Source: Longimicrobium sp. (GTDB taxonomy: Bacteria > Gemmatimonadota > Gemmatimonadetes > Longimicrobiales > Longimicrobiaceae). Taken from it: 64,000 nucleotides of DNA. A model generated the notes under the pieces. It searched no databases, had not been told where the DNA came from, and saw only the letters and a program-made list of their open reading frames with translations. The stretch's first letter is position 1; every line of letters begins with the position of its first letter. This document shows positions 41,225 to 51,569 of the stretch, in pieces. A program made the position numbers and the translations under genes. The DNA lies in assembly GCF_036399255.1 (NCBI RefSeq), contig NZ_DASWNM010000103.1:3121-67120 (forward strand), read 5' to 3'.

Positions 41225-42256
41225 TCAGGCGGGGGTGGACGACGGGCGGCGGCGCAGCGCGAACCAGGCGCCCATCGCCAGCACCAGCGCCGTCGCGATG
41301 CCCGCCGCCAGCCGCGGGTCCACCGGCGCGCCGCCGTGCCCGCGCCAGCGCACCCGGATGCGCGCGTCCGCGGGGAGCGACGTTCCCGTGTAGCGGACGA
41401 ACTTCTCGCCCTCCGCCTCGAACGGCTCGCCCGCGGGAAGCCCCTGCACGCTCACCCCCGGCGCCGGCTGGCGGACGTAGAGCGCCAGCGTGTCCGTGCG
41501 GCCGGAAAGCGGCAGCGACAGCGTCCCCGTCCTGGGCGGCAGGCGGTAGCGGAAAAAAAAGTCGCGCCCGCCCGGCGTCAGCGGCACCGTCGCCAGCACG
41601 CGCCCGCCCATCAGCACCAGGTCGCGCGGCTTCTCGCCCGTGGACTCCGAGAGCGCGGGGTCGTCCGTCTGGAAGTCCGTGGCGCCGGGGGGGATGGGAA
41701 GGCCGAACACCGGCTTGCCGTCCACGCCCACCACGGTGCGGTCCAGCGGGTTGTCGACGCGCACCACCTCGGCCACCTCCCATCCGCCCCGCTGCCCGGC
41801 CACCAGGATCACGTCGCGCCGCGAGACGCGCAGCGAGTCCACCGCGCCCGCGGACGAGGTGGTGTCGAACGCCACCACCTGGTACCCCGCGCCGGGGTCG
41901 CCGGGGTGCAGCGCGGGGCCAAAGTAGCGCACCCCCTCCACCATCGCCGTGGCGAACACCACGTTGAAGCCGCCGGTGTCGGCGGGGGGCACGCGAAAGG
42001 TGAAGGCCCCGTCCGCGCCGGTGACGGCGCGGGCCAGCAGGCCGCTGGTGTCGCGGGCCACGCGGTGCAGCTCCACCGGTGCGCCGGGCACCCCCTCCCC
42101 CGCCTTGACCACGCGGCCGGTGAGCGACGTCTGCGCGGGGGCGGCGGACGAAAACGAAAGCACCGCCGCGAGCGCGGCGGCGAGCAGAAGCATCAGCGAG
42201 AGCGGGCGGCGCGCCGTGCAGCGCGCCGCCCGCTTGCGCAGGAATGGATCGGTCAC
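41225..42256 (-). CDS. Exported carboxypeptidase-regulatory-like domain protein with C-terminal TM anchor
   Basis: Signal peptide, LTGRVV...TGADGAFTF, C-terminal hydrophobic helix plus RRR; start uncertain. Confidence 0.72.
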   Translation of the reverse strand: MTDPFLRKRAARCTARRPLSLMLLLAAALAAVLSFSSAAPAQTSLTGRVVKAGEGVPGAPVELHRVARDTSGLLARAVTGADGAFTFRVPPADTGGFNVVFATAMVEGVRYFGPALHPGDPGAGYQVVAFDTTSSAGAVDSLRVSRRDVILVAGQRGGWEVAEVVRVDNPLDRTVVGVDGKPVFGLPIPPGATDFQTDDPALSESTGEKPRDLVLMGGRVLATVPLTPGGRDFFFRYRLPPRTGTLSLPLSGRTDTLALYVRQPAPGVSVQGLPAGEPFEAEGEKFVRYTGTSLPADARIRVRWRGHGGAPVDPRLAAGIATALVLAMGAWFALRRRPSSTPA

Positions 42257-42801
42257 GGGTTGAAGCGTCCCAGGTCTTCGGGGTCCATCTTGCGAAGGTA
42301 TTCCTTGAGCTGCTCCGGGCTCAGCCCCGGCTGCGGCCCCTGCGGCGTCTCGCCGCCCTCGTCCACCGGCGCCTGCGAAAAGTCCGCCGCCTCGCCCGAC
42401 GAGGGCATTTCGATGGACGCGTTGGTCAGCAGGTCCTCGGTGGTGAACAGCTGCGCCTCGGTGCGCAGCGCGATGGCGATGCTGTCCGAGGGGCGCGCGT
42501 CCACCGTGAACATCTCGTCGCCGCGCTGGATGACCAGCTCGGCGTAGTAGGTGTTGTCGTGCACGCGGGTGATGAGCACGCGCGTGAGCGTGCCCCCCAG
42601 CCCGCGGATGAGCAGCGGAAACAGGTCGTGCGTAAGGGGCCGGGGAAACTTCATCCCCGCCAGCTCCATGGCGATGGCGCTGGCCTCGGCCGGGCCGATC
42701 CAGATGGGAAGGACGCGCGGGCCCCCTTCCTCCTGCAGGATCACCACCGGCGACTTGGTGCTCTGGTCGAGCCCCAGGCTCTGGACGCGTATCTTGATCA
42801 T
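42253..42801 (-). CDS. Bifunctional nuclease family (DUF151)
   Basis: LPIWIGPAEA, RPLTHDL, VDARPSDSIAIALR. Confidence 0.92.
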   Translation of the reverse strand: MIKIRVQSLGLDQSTKSPVVILQEEGGPRVLPIWIGPAEASAIAMELAGMKFPRPLTHDLFPLLIRGLGGTLTRVLITRVHDNTYYAELVIQRGDEMFTVDARPSDSIAIALRTEAQLFTTEDLLTNASIEMPSSGEAADFSQAPVDEGGETPQGPQPGLSPEQLKEYLRKMDPEDLGRFNP

Positions 42802-42899
42802 GGCCTCTGGTGGCTCCCCGGGTTCATGCGTTTCCCCTCCCCGGGCAGCAGGTTGCGGGCCGTACGATGGTCACACTGGCACAGCGGCCGGGGCCCGGC

Positions 42900-43530
42900 G
42901 GGGTGCCCCTCCCCCGGCCCCTCCCCGTTCGTTCCTCACGGAGAGGGGAGAATTCGAGCCCGCTTCGACAATGACCGAACTGCGTCCGCGGGCGCCCCCT
43001 CCGCTCGCTTAGGCTCGCACCTCCCCCAAAACCCCTGGGGGAGGTTGGTTCCGGAGAGATCGGGGCTCGGCGACAGGCATCACGCTGGCGCCCGCGGGGT
43101 GCCCCTCCCCCGGCCCCTCCCCGTTCGTTCCTCACGGAGAGGGGAGAATTCGATCGCGTTTCCTCAAGCGGCCACGTTGGCCGCAATCCGCCCGCCCCCT
43201 ACGTGGCAGGCACCCGCCCCGGCCACGAAACCGCCAGTCCGCGAAGGCGGCCTTCGTGTGGTTGTTGCAGCGAATTCATTCGCCCGTGCCGGAGCCGCGA
43301 AAGTGGGAGGCTCGGCGAAAGGCATCACGCTGGCGCCCGCGGGGTGCCCCACCCCCGGCCCCTCCCCGTTCGTTCCTCACGGAGAGGGGAGAATTCGATC
43401 GCGATTCCTCAAGCGGCCACGTCGGCCGCCATCTCCCACCCCGCTACGTGGCAGGCACCTGCCCGAGCCACGAAACCGCCAGTCCGCGAAGGCGGCCTTC
43501 GTGTGGTTGTTGCAGCGAATTCATTCGCCC
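42900..43530. repeat. Composite REP-like cluster (B1-B2-B1-B3-B1-B3)
   Basis: Same modules as at 17.1, 50.3, 55.6 and 63.3 kb. Confidence 0.88.
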
Positions 43531-43537
43531 GGGGGCC

Positions 43538-43593
43538 CTTCACCCGTTCACCCGTTCACCCGTTCACCCCTTCACCCCTTCACCCCTTCACCC
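43538..43593. repeat. Octamer tandem repeat (TTCACCCG/TTCACCCC)n
   Basis: Begins at the metK stop codon; inverse of 1488-1559. Confidence 0.9.
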
Positions 43594-44763
43594 CGCCTTC
43601 GCCGCCTTGCGCAGCTCGTCCACCCGGTTCGCCAGCTCCCACGGGAACAGCTGCAGGCCGTTCTCCAGTACCTCCGGCTGCCGCCCGAAGTGCCCGTACG
43701 CCGCAGACGGCTTGTAGATGGCCGTGCGCAGGTTGAGCGCCTCGATGATGGCCAGCGGGCGGAAGTCGAACACCTGCGCCACGGCGCGCTCGATGGCCTC
43801 CTCGTCCGCCTGCCCGGTGCCGAAGGTGTCCACCCGCACCGACACCGGCTCGGCCACGCCGATGGCGTACGCCAGCTGGATCTCGCAGCGGTCCGCCAGC
43901 CCCGCCGCCACCACGTTCTTGGCCGCCCACCGCGCCGCGTACGCCGCCGAGCGGTCCACCTTGGTGGGGTCCTTGCCGCTGAACGCGCCGCCGCCGTGGC
44001 GGCCCATCCCGCCGTACGTGTCGACGATGATCTTGCGGCCCGTGAGCCCCGCGTCGCCGTGCGGCCCGCCGATGACGAAGCGCCCGGTGGGGTTCACGTG
44101 GATGGTGCAGTTCTCGGGATCGTACAGCCCCTCGGGCATCGAGGGCGTGATCACGTGCTCGATGACCTCGGCGCGGATCTGCTCGAGCGTGGCCTCGGGG
44201 TCGTGCTGCGTCGACACGACCACCGTGTCCACGCGCACCGGCTGCCCGCCCTCGTACTCCACCGTCACCTGGCTCTTTCCGTCCGGCCGCAGCCAGGCCA
44301 GCTTCCCCGACTTGCGCGCCTCGGCCAGCCGCCGGCTCACGCGGTGCGCCAGCAGGATGGGCATGGGCATCAGCTCGTCGTTCTCGCGCGTGGCGTAGCC
44401 GAACATCATCCCCTGGTCGCCCGCGCCGCCCGTGTTCACCCCCATGGCGATGTCGGGCGACTGCTGGTCGATGGTCGTCATCACCGCGCAGGTGCTGCCG
44501 TCGATGCCGTACTGCGCGTCGGTGTAGCCGATCCCCTTGAGCGTGCCGCGCACGATGGCGGGGATGTCGACGTAGGTGCTGGTGGTGATCTCGCCCGCCA
44601 CCACGGCCACGCCGGTGGTGACCAGCGTCTCGCACGCCACGCGGCCGGCCGGGTCGGCCTCCAGGATGGCGTCGAGCACCGCGTCCGAGATCTGGTCCGC
44701 GATCTTGTCGGGATGGCCCTCGGTGACGGACTCCGAGGTAAAGAGCTGGCGGCGTTCGGCCAC
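43588..44763 (-). CDS. metK: S-adenosylmethionine synthetase
   Basis: [35 protein letters not shown]. Confidence 0.97.
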   Translation of the reverse strand: MAERRQLFTSESVTEGHPDKIADQISDAVLDAILEADPAGRVACETLVTTGVAVVAGEITTSTYVDIPAIVRGTLKGIGYTDAQYGIDGSTCAVMTTIDQQSPDIAMGVNTGGAGDQGMMFGYATRENDELMPMPILLAHRVSRRLAEARKSGKLAWLRPDGKSQVTVEYEGGQPVRVDTVVVSTQHDPEATLEQIRAEVIEHVITPSMPEGLYDPENCTIHVNPTGRFVIGGPHGDAGLTGRKIIVDTYGGMGRHGGGAFSGKDPTKVDRSAAYAARWAAKNVVAAGLADRCEIQLAYAIGVAEPVSVRVDTFGTGQADEEAIERAVAQVFDFRPLAIIEALNLRTAIYKPSAAYGHFGRQPEVLENGLQLFPWELANRVDELRKAAKAG

Positions 44764-44837
44764 GGTCAGTGCCTGTCGGTAAGGGGATGATGGAGGTGCG
44801 GATCGGGTCCGGCAAAGGAGGGCGGCAAGCTACACGC

Positions 44838-46622
44838 TCACTCCCCGCCGGACAAGTTGTACCCGCCGTTGAACTTGCCCAGGTCCAGCATGCGGCTGAG
44901 CCGCTGGGTCAGGCCGGTGGCCACCGCGTCGGGGGTGGCGGCCGTCAGCGCCTCGGCCGCCGCCTCGGCCGCCGCCTCCCAGGTGACGGAGCGGATCACC
45001 TTCTTGATCTCGGCCAGCGACGAGGGCGCCACGGAAAGCGAATGGGCCCGCATGCCGATGAGCATGAACGCCCCCACCGGGTTGGCCGCCAGCTCGCCGC
45101 ACACCCCCACCTCGATCCCCGCCTCGTTTCCCGCGCGGGTGATCAGGTCCAGCAGCCGCACCACGGCGGGATGGAAGGGGTTGTATAGCCGCGCCAGCCG
45201 CGAGTTGCCGCGGTCCACCGCCAGCGTGTACTGCACCAGGTCGTTGGTGCCGATGGAAAAGAAGTCCACGTGCTTCGCCAGCTCCGGGGCCAGCATGGCC
45301 GCGGCGGGGGTCTCGATCATCGCCCCCAGCTTGTAGGTGGCCGGCACCGGCTCGCCCTCGGCGCGCAGCTGCGCCAGGCACTCCTCCAGCAGCACGCGGC
45401 TGCGCTCCACCTCGCTGATCTCGTTGACCAGCGGCAGCATGATGCGGATGTCGCCGTGCACCATGGCGCGCCCCAGCGCCCGCAGCTGGGTGCGGAACAT
45501 GTCGGGCTCGTCCAGGCACACCCGGATGGCGCGCCACCCCAGGAACGGGTTCTCCTCGCGGCCGATGTGCAGGAACGCCGGGAACTTGTCGCCCCCCAGG
45601 TCGTAGGTGCGGATGATCACCGGCTGCCCGAGGAACGCGTCCGCCACCTTGCGGTAGGCCGCGTACTGCTCTTCCTCGCCCGGCGCCGTGGCGCGCCCCA
45701 CCACCAGGAACTCCGTCCGGTACAGCCCCACGCCGTCCGCCCCATGCGTCCGCGCGCTCTCGGCCTCGCCGGGAAGGTCGATGTTGGAGCGCAGCTCGAT
45801 GCGCGTGCCGTCGCGCGTCACGGAGGGGAGGTGGGCCAGCAGCACCAGCTCCTGCTCCCACTCGCGCACCAGGTAGTCGCGCTGCCGGTACGTCTCCTTT
45901 TCCTCGTCGCTGGGGGCGATGACCACGCGCCCCTGCCGCCCGTCCAGGATCAGCTCGTCGCCGTCGCGCACCGTCTCGGACAGGTTGCCCAGCGAGACCA
46001 CGCAGGGGATGTCGAGCGAGCGGGCCAGGATGGCGCTGTGCGAGGTGCGCGTCCCCAGGTCGGTGGCGATCCCGATCACGTGCTTCGGGTCCAGCTGCAC
46101 CGTCACCGACGGCGTGAGCTCGTGGGCGATGAGGATCACCTTGTCGCCCTCCACCCGCGCGGCCAGGTCGGGGTCGGGCATCCCCATCAGCCGGCGAAGG
46201 ACGCGGGCCTGCACGTCGGCGAGGTCGGCCAGGCGGTCGATGATCATGGGGTGCGAGGAGTGCGACAGCGCCGACTCCCACTCCAGCACCCGCCACTCGA
46301 ACGCCCGCTCCGCCGTCAGGTGGTTGTCGCGGATGTAGCCGATGGTGCCCTGCACCAGGTCGGCGTCCTCGAGCATGAGCACCTGGGGGTCGAAGATGCG
46401 GGCCTCCACCTCGCCCACGGTGACCTCGGCGCGGGCCTGCACCGCGCGGATGCGCTCCTGGGCGTAGGCGCAGGCGTCCAGGAAGCGCTGCACCTCGGCC
46501 TCGACCTGCGCCTCGGGGACCGTGACCCCGTGCGGCACGCGCGGCACCTCCCAGCGCAGCACGCGCGCGGGGGCGATCACGATTCCCGGCGCCGCCGGAA
46601 TGCCGTCGCGGATCACGCTCAC
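44838..46622 (-). CDS. ptsI: PTS enzyme I (PEP-protein phosphotransferase)
   Basis: RTSHSAILARS phospho-His, GLYRTEFL, EENPFLGWRAIR, SIGTNDL, CGE; GTG start MSVIRDG. Confidence 0.95.
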   Translation of the reverse strand: MSVIRDGIPAAPGIVIAPARVLRWEVPRVPHGVTVPEAQVEAEVQRFLDACAYAQERIRAVQARAEVTVGEVEARIFDPQVLMLEDADLVQGTIGYIRDNHLTAERAFEWRVLEWESALSHSSHPMIIDRLADLADVQARVLRRLMGMPDPDLAARVEGDKVILIAHELTPSVTVQLDPKHVIGIATDLGTRTSHSAILARSLDIPCVVSLGNLSETVRDGDELILDGRQGRVVIAPSDEEKETYRQRDYLVREWEQELVLLAHLPSVTRDGTRIELRSNIDLPGEAESARTHGADGVGLYRTEFLVVGRATAPGEEEQYAAYRKVADAFLGQPVIIRTYDLGGDKFPAFLHIGREENPFLGWRAIRVCLDEPDMFRTQLRALGRAMVHGDIRIMLPLVNEISEVERSRVLLEECLAQLRAEGEPVPATYKLGAMIETPAAAMLAPELAKHVDFFSIGTNDLVQYTLAVDRGNSRLARLYNPFHPAVVRLLDLITRAGNEAGIEVGVCGELAANPVGAFMLIGMRAHSLSVAPSSLAEIKKVIRSVTWEAAAEAAAEALTAATPDAVATGLTQRLSRMLDLGKFNGGYNLSGGE

Positions 46623-46627
46623 GGGCG

Positions 46628-46897
46628 CTACTCCTCGCCGAAACGGTTGCGGACCAGCTCGGTCAGCGCGTCCACGGCCTCGCGGGCGTCGTCGCCGGCG
46701 GCGCGCACGTGCACGACCGAGCCGCACTCGGCGGCCAGCATCATCACCCCCATGATGCTCTTGCCGCTCACCTCCACGTCGTCCTTGCGGATGAACACCT
46801 CGCTGGTGAAGCGGTTGGCCAGCTTCACGAACTCGGCCGCGGGACGCGCGTGCAGGCCGTACTTGTTGACGATGGTCACTTCGCTCGCGTGTTCCAT
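46628..46897 (-). CDS. ptsH: Phosphocarrier HPr
   Basis: GLHARPA (His15), GKSIMGVMML (Ser46). Confidence 0.95.
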   Translation of the reverse strand: MEHASEVTIVNKYGLHARPAAEFVKLANRFTSEVFIRKDDVEVSGKSIMGVMMLAAECGSVVHVRAAGDDAREAVDALTELVRNRFGEE

Positions 46898-46907
46898 CCT
46901 GCAATGG

Positions 46908-47648
46908 TCAAGGGTTGTTGTGCAGCACCACGCCCGCCACCAGCAGGGCGGTGAGCGCCAGGGCGGCCACCCAGCGAATGCGGGGCCCCAGCGCGATCCC
47001 CGCCGCCAGCGCGGCGATTCCGAATGCGGCGTACACCCAGCCGCGCTCGCCCCCCCACCCCAGGGCCAGCACGGCCGAAAAGCCGGCCAGCACGGCCCCC
47101 GCGTCGCCCGCGCGCTCGCCCAGCCGCTCGAACGGGGCCTCGCGCAGCGCGCGCGCCACCTGCAGGCCGTCGCGCCAGCCGGCGCGCAGCCCCCAGGTCC
47201 GCAGCCACAGGTGCAGTGCGTTGTACGACACGAGGAACGCCAGGACGGCGATCCACCACCCGGCGCCCGCCAGCAGCAGCGCCACCATCAGCAGGGCGCA
47301 GGCGGGGCGCCACATCAGCCACACCAGCCGGTCGCCCAGCGAGCCCAGCGAGCCGCGGATGGCGTTCTTGAAGCGGGCCACCGTCTCCGCCGGCACCCCG
47401 TCGGCCTCGAGCCGCGCCAGGGCCCCGGCGGCCAGCGCGGCCAGGTACGGGTGGGCGTTGAACAGTTCCGCGTGCCGCGCCAGCGCCGCCCGCATCCTGG
47501 CCGGATCGTCCCCGTGCACGTGGCGCAGCGCGGGCACCAGGACAAACGCCAGACCCGTGCCGATGAGCGTCTGGTAGTTCCACGATCCCTGCACCGCCAG
47601 GCTGCGCAGCAGCATGGCCCGGCGCACGGCGCGCGGCAGCTCGCTCAC
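46908..47648 (-). CDS. PTS mannose-family EIID
   Basis: QGSWNYQ, FNAHPY, GSLGSLGDRLVW, LVSYN. Confidence 0.88.
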   Translation of the reverse strand: MSELPRAVRRAMLLRSLAVQGSWNYQTLIGTGLAFVLVPALRHVHGDDPARMRAALARHAELFNAHPYLAALAAGALARLEADGVPAETVARFKNAIRGSLGSLGDRLVWLMWRPACALLMVALLLAGAGWWIAVLAFLVSYNALHLWLRTWGLRAGWRDGLQVARALREAPFERLGERAGDAGAVLAGFSAVLALGWGGERGWVYAAFGIAALAAGIALGPRIRWVAALALTALLVAGVVLHNNP

Positions 47649-48313
47649 CGCAGCCACAGCAGCACCGCCCCCGCCGCGGCCCCCGCCGCGAACAGCGGCA
47701 GCCGGCGGCGTCCAAAGAGCCGCAGCGAGCTGGCCAGCGCCGCCGCGGCCGAGAGCGCCAGCGCCGGCCGGGTCCACGGCTCGCGAAAGGGAATCCACCC
47801 CAGCGTCTCCAGCAGCGTCCCCAGCACCAGCAGCCCCGCCAGCGTCACCACCACGCCCCGCGCAAAGTCCAGCCCGATGGCGCGCCAGTGCAGCCATTCC
47901 ACCGTCTCCGCCTCCACCGGCCCCGCCGCGGGAACGGCGATGCGCGCGTTCAATCGCCGCATCCACTCCACGCTGCGCCCGCCCAGCCATCCCCACGCCA
48001 GCATGAAGACCACGGAGGCCAGCAGCGCCACCTGCGACGTCGCGGGCGCGCCCGCGAAGGCGCCCGCGGCCGCGACCGAGGCGGGGCCCGCCTCGGGGTA
48101 GCGGGCGGCGCCCACGGGGAGCACGGCCAGGTGAATGGCCTCCATCAGCACCCCGACGACGATGCCGCCCTCGGGGTTCCCCGCGATCATCCCCGCCAGC
48201 CCCGCCGCGATCAGCGGGCGCGACAGCATGAACTGGCCGACGGAGGTGGCGTCCAGCGCCAGCACGCCGCCCAGCAGGCCCAGCAGCAGCAGGGTGGGCG
48301 CGTCGGGGATCAT
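47645..48313 (-). CDS. PTS mannose-family EIIC
   Basis: LDATSVGQFMLSRPL, LPVGAARYPE; polytopic. Confidence 0.88.
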   Translation of the reverse strand: MIPDAPTLLLLGLLGGVLALDATSVGQFMLSRPLIAAGLAGMIAGNPEGGIVVGVLMEAIHLAVLPVGAARYPEAGPASVAAAGAFAGAPATSQVALLASVVFMLAWGWLGGRSVEWMRRLNARIAVPAAGPVEAETVEWLHWRAIGLDFARGVVVTLAGLLVLGTLLETLGWIPFREPWTRPALALSAAAALASSLRLFGRRRLPLFAAGAAAGAVLLWLR

Positions 48314-48798
48314 CCCGCCAGCTCCAGCAGCTCGTCCAGGGGCACGGGGCGGGTGGACGGCAGGTCGCGGGCGCTCACGGTGGCGCCGGTGGCGGCCAGC
48401 CGCCGCAGCGCGTCGCGGTCGCGGTCGTCCAGGTGCAGGTAGGGAAGGACGCGCACGCGCCCCTCCTTGTGGTGGATTCCGCCCAGGTTCACCTCCACCC
48501 CGTCCAGCACGCCCCCCTCGGCCAAGCGCAGCGCGGTGGGAATGTCGCGGACCAGCGCGATGACCCGCCGGGGGCCGTCGCGCCACTCGGCCACCTGGGT
48601 GCGCGCCTCGTCCACCGAGGCGAAGCGCGCCTCCATCTCGGGCGGCACGCCCAGGATGTACAGCTCCTGCTCCCAGGGGCTGGCGGCGATGTCGTCGTCG
48701 ACGACGACGACGCGGTCCACGTGCAGCGGGCCGCACCACCCCACCACCACCTGGCCGTGGATCAGCCGCTCGTCAACCCGCAGCAGCACGATCGCCAT
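48310..48798 (-). CDS. PTS mannose-family EIIB
   Basis: RVDERLIHGQVVVGW, VNLGGIH. Confidence 0.92.
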   Translation of the reverse strand: MAIVLLRVDERLIHGQVVVGWCGPLHVDRVVVVDDDIAASPWEQELYILGVPPEMEARFASVDEARTQVAEWRDGPRRVIALVRDIPTALRLAEGGVLDGVEVNLGGIHHKEGRVRVLPYLHLDDRDRDALRRLAATGATVSARDLPSTRPVPLDELLELAG

Positions 48799-49192
48799 GG
48801 CCCGCCACCTCCCGGCACGAGCCGGTGATCGCCGACTTTCCCTTGCTGACGAGCCGGTCCACCAGCTCCGGCAGGGGAAGGTCGCGGTGAAAGACGAAGT
48901 CCAGCAGCATGGGCAGGTTCACGCCGCAGACCACGGCGGTGTCGTCGCGGTCCAGGGTAAGGCGCCGCGCCGCGAAGGCGCAGCTGCCGCTGGGCATGTC
49001 GGTGAACACGATGCCCGGCCCGTCGCCCAGCGCGTCGCGCACGCTCTTCTGCAGGGCCTCGGGGCCGCACCCCTCGTTGCTCAGGGCGCGCAGGGCGTCG
49101 GCCTCGGCGCCGGCGATCTGGCGAACGGACTGCACCAGCCCCTCGGCCAGCGTGGCATGGCTCACCACCAGCCCGACCACGGGCTCACTCAT
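48773..49192 (-). CDS. PTS mannose-family EIIA
   Basis: VVSHATLAEGL, FTDMPSGS, GVNLPML. Confidence 0.9.
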   Translation of the reverse strand: MSEPVVGLVVSHATLAEGLVQSVRQIAGAEADALRALSNEGCGPEALQKSVRDALGDGPGIVFTDMPSGSCAFAARRLTLDRDDTAVVCGVNLPMLLDFVFHRDLPLPELVDRLVSKGKSAITGSCREVAGHGDRAAAG

Positions 49193-50135
49193 AATCCTCC
49201 TCCAGGTACTCCGACGTGCCGGCCATCCGGTTCTGCAGCCGCTGGTTGAACAGCCGCGCGGTGTCGACCCCCGAATACTTGAGCAGGTGGTTCATGGCCA
49301 CCACCTCGCACACCACGGTGATGTTCTTCCCCGGCACCAGCGGCACCGTCACCATGGGGACGGGCACGCCCAGGATGTCCATGGTCTTGTTGTCGAGCCC
49401 CGTCCGGTCGTACACGGCTTCCTCGTCCCAGATCTCCAGCTGCACCACCACCTCGATGCGCTTCTGCTGGCGAATGGCCCGTACGCCGAACATGGTGCGG
49501 ATGTCGATGATTCCTACCCCGCGGATCTCCATGTGATGCCGCTGCAGGTCGTGCCCCTTGCCGATGAGCACCTCGTTGCCCCGCCGCGTGATCATCACCA
49601 GGTCGTCGGCGACCAGGCGGTGGCCCCGTTCCACCAGGTCCAGCACCGTCTCGCTCTTGCCGATGCCGCTCTTGCCCACGAAGAGGAGTCCGACCCCGTA
49701 CACGTCGGCCAGCGAGCCGTGCAGGGTGGTGCGGGGGGCGAAGCGCTCTTCCAGGAAGGGCTTGATGCGGGTGTAGAACTCGGCGGTCTTCAGGGCGCTG
49801 CGGATGACGGGGGTGCCGCACTGGTTGCACAGCTCCACCAGCGGCTCGGGCGCCTCCTGCCCCTTGGTGATGAAGACGACGGGGATGTCGAAGTCCAAAA
49901 AGGTGATGAGCGCGGCGCGGCGGCGGTCGTCGTCCAGCGACTCCAGGAAGGCGACCTCGGTTTCGCCCAGCACCTGCATGCGCTCGCTGGGAAAGCGCTC
50001 GGTGTAGCCGGTAAGCACCAGCCCGGGCGAGCTGATGTCGGGGTTGGCGATGGCGCGCGAGAGCCCCCGCTCGTCGGTGAGCAGCTCCAGCACGAGCGAG
50101 TCCTTCTTGGAGCGCAGCAGCTCGTCGACCGTCAC
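49185..50135 (-). CDS. hprK: HPr kinase/phosphorylase
   Basis: LHG, GKSGIGKSE, LVADD, MEIRGVGII. Confidence 0.96.
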   Translation of the reverse strand: MTVDELLRSKKDSLVLELLTDERGLSRAIANPDISSPGLVLTGYTERFPSERMQVLGETEVAFLESLDDDRRRAALITFLDFDIPVVFITKGQEAPEPLVELCNQCGTPVIRSALKTAEFYTRIKPFLEERFAPRTTLHGSLADVYGVGLLFVGKSGIGKSETVLDLVERGHRLVADDLVMITRRGNEVLIGKGHDLQRHHMEIRGVGIIDIRTMFGVRAIRQQKRIEVVVQLEIWDEEAVYDRTGLDNKTMDILGVPVPMVTVPLVPGKNITVVCEVVAMNHLLKYSGVDTARLFNQRLQNRMAGTSEYLEEDYE

Positions 50136-50261
50136 GTCGCCATTCCCGGGTTCACGGTCCGTGCGTCAGTGGCGCGGGCGGATAGGATAACGCCTCGCCC
50201 GCGGCGGGGCCACGGCGGGAGGGGGATACGTCGCGCTTCGGACGATTCAGGCTGCGTCCGC

Positions 50262-50647
50262 CGGGGTGCCCCTCCCCCGGCCCCTCCCCGTTCGTTCCTC
50301 ACGGAGAGGGGAGAATTCGGTCCCGTTGCGGACGATCCGGACTGCGTCCGCCGGCGCCCCCTCCGCTCGCTCAGGCTCGCACCTCCCCCAAAACTGCTGG
50401 GGGAGGTTGGGGTGCCGATGGGTCGTGGCTCGGCGAATTGCATCGAACTGGCGCCCGCCCGGGTGCCCCTCCCCCGGCCCCTCCCCGTTCGTTCCTCACG
50501 GAGAGGGGAGAATTCGGTCCCGCTCCGGCAGGCTGTTTCTCGGCCGCATTCACCCAACCCGCCACGTGGCAGGCACTGGCCCGAACCACGAAGACGTCAG
50601 TCCGCGAAGGCGGCCTTCGTGTGGTGGTTGCAGCGAATTCATTCGCC
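50262..50647. repeat. Composite REP-like cluster (B1-B2-B1-B3)
   Basis: Same modules as the other clusters. Confidence 0.88.
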
Positions 50648-50839
50648 ATTGCGGGCCCGCTCGCACGTCCGATCGCGCGCGCTCCCCTGGGGCGCGGTTC
50701 TCGCGATCCAGGCCGCATTCCGGGCCTTCCGTGACGATTCTGGTGCGGCTCCCCTCGCAGAGCCGTGGCGCAGACGCGGTATGCTACGGAGCGCACGACT
50801 TCATTGCACGTCCCGTACTCCCCCGCATCGGCCCGACGC

Positions 50840-51469
50840 ATGACCCCTCCGCGCCGCACCGCCGTCCTGCTGCTTGCATGCGCAGCCACCTTTGCGCTGT
50901 CGGTGGCGCTCCCTGCCTCCGCCGCGGCGCAGGAGGACGCCGAAGAGCCGCGCCGGTTCTGCTACGTGGGGCGGCCGCTGCCCTCCTGCGAGATGATGCT
51001 GGCGGCCCAGTTCTCCTACTACCCGCGCATCCAGCGCTTCAGCGACCTGGAGGCACCCTACGAGTGGGAACTCGGCGTCCTGGTGAACCGCGGGCCCGGG
51101 CACGCCGTCGGCGGGACGCTGGTGGTGGGGCGGGACGGCAACGGGGGGCGCACCGCGGTCAAGGCGCGCTACCGCCGCTGGATGGGCCGCCATGCGGCGC
51201 TGGACGCGTCGGGCGGCGTGGCCCTGGCCAGGCGCGACTGGGCTCCCACCGTCACCACGCGCACTGCGGTGGGCGTTACGGGCGACGTGGCGGTGGGGCT
51301 TACCGACTGGGTTTCGGTCGGCGTGCGCGGCGACCTCCTCTGGAGCGACCTGAATCGCGAGCCCGTCGGCGCCACCTACGGCACCGTGCGCTTTGGAACC
51401 GTTCCCGGCCTGGTCGCCAGCGTCCTGGGAGCCGTGCTTGCCGTTGTCGCCGTGGGCGTGTCGGGCTGA
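50840..51469 (+). CDS. Exported hypothetical protein, paralog 1
   Basis: Signal peptide to AAA/Q, FCYVGRPLPSC, KARYRRWMG, VGLTDWV, GTVPGL plus hydrophobic C-terminus. Confidence 0.75.
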   Translation: MTPPRRTAVLLLACAATFALSVALPASAAAQEDAEEPRRFCYVGRPLPSCEMMLAAQFSYYPRIQRFSDLEAPYEWELGVLVNRGPGHAVGGTLVVGRDGNGGRTAVKARYRRWMGRHAALDASGGVALARRDWAPTVTTRTAVGVTGDVAVGLTDWVSVGVRGDLLWSDLNREPVGATYGTVRFGTVPGLVASVLGAVLAVVAVGVSG

Positions 51470-51569
51470 CCCGCACACCCCTCCCGGCCGGCGCCAGGCC
51501 CTCGATCCGCAGCCAGCACACGTCGCCGGGCGCTCGCCCGTCGACATCCTTTCACCGGTGACCCATCCA

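Noticed and set aside
44764-44837. SAM riboswitch upstream of metK
   Set aside because: Only about 75 nt, and no SAM riboswitch consensus recognised
44838-46904. HPr-EI fusion or extended enzyme I
   Set aside because: HPr is a separate ORF in another frame with its own stop; EI starts at 46622
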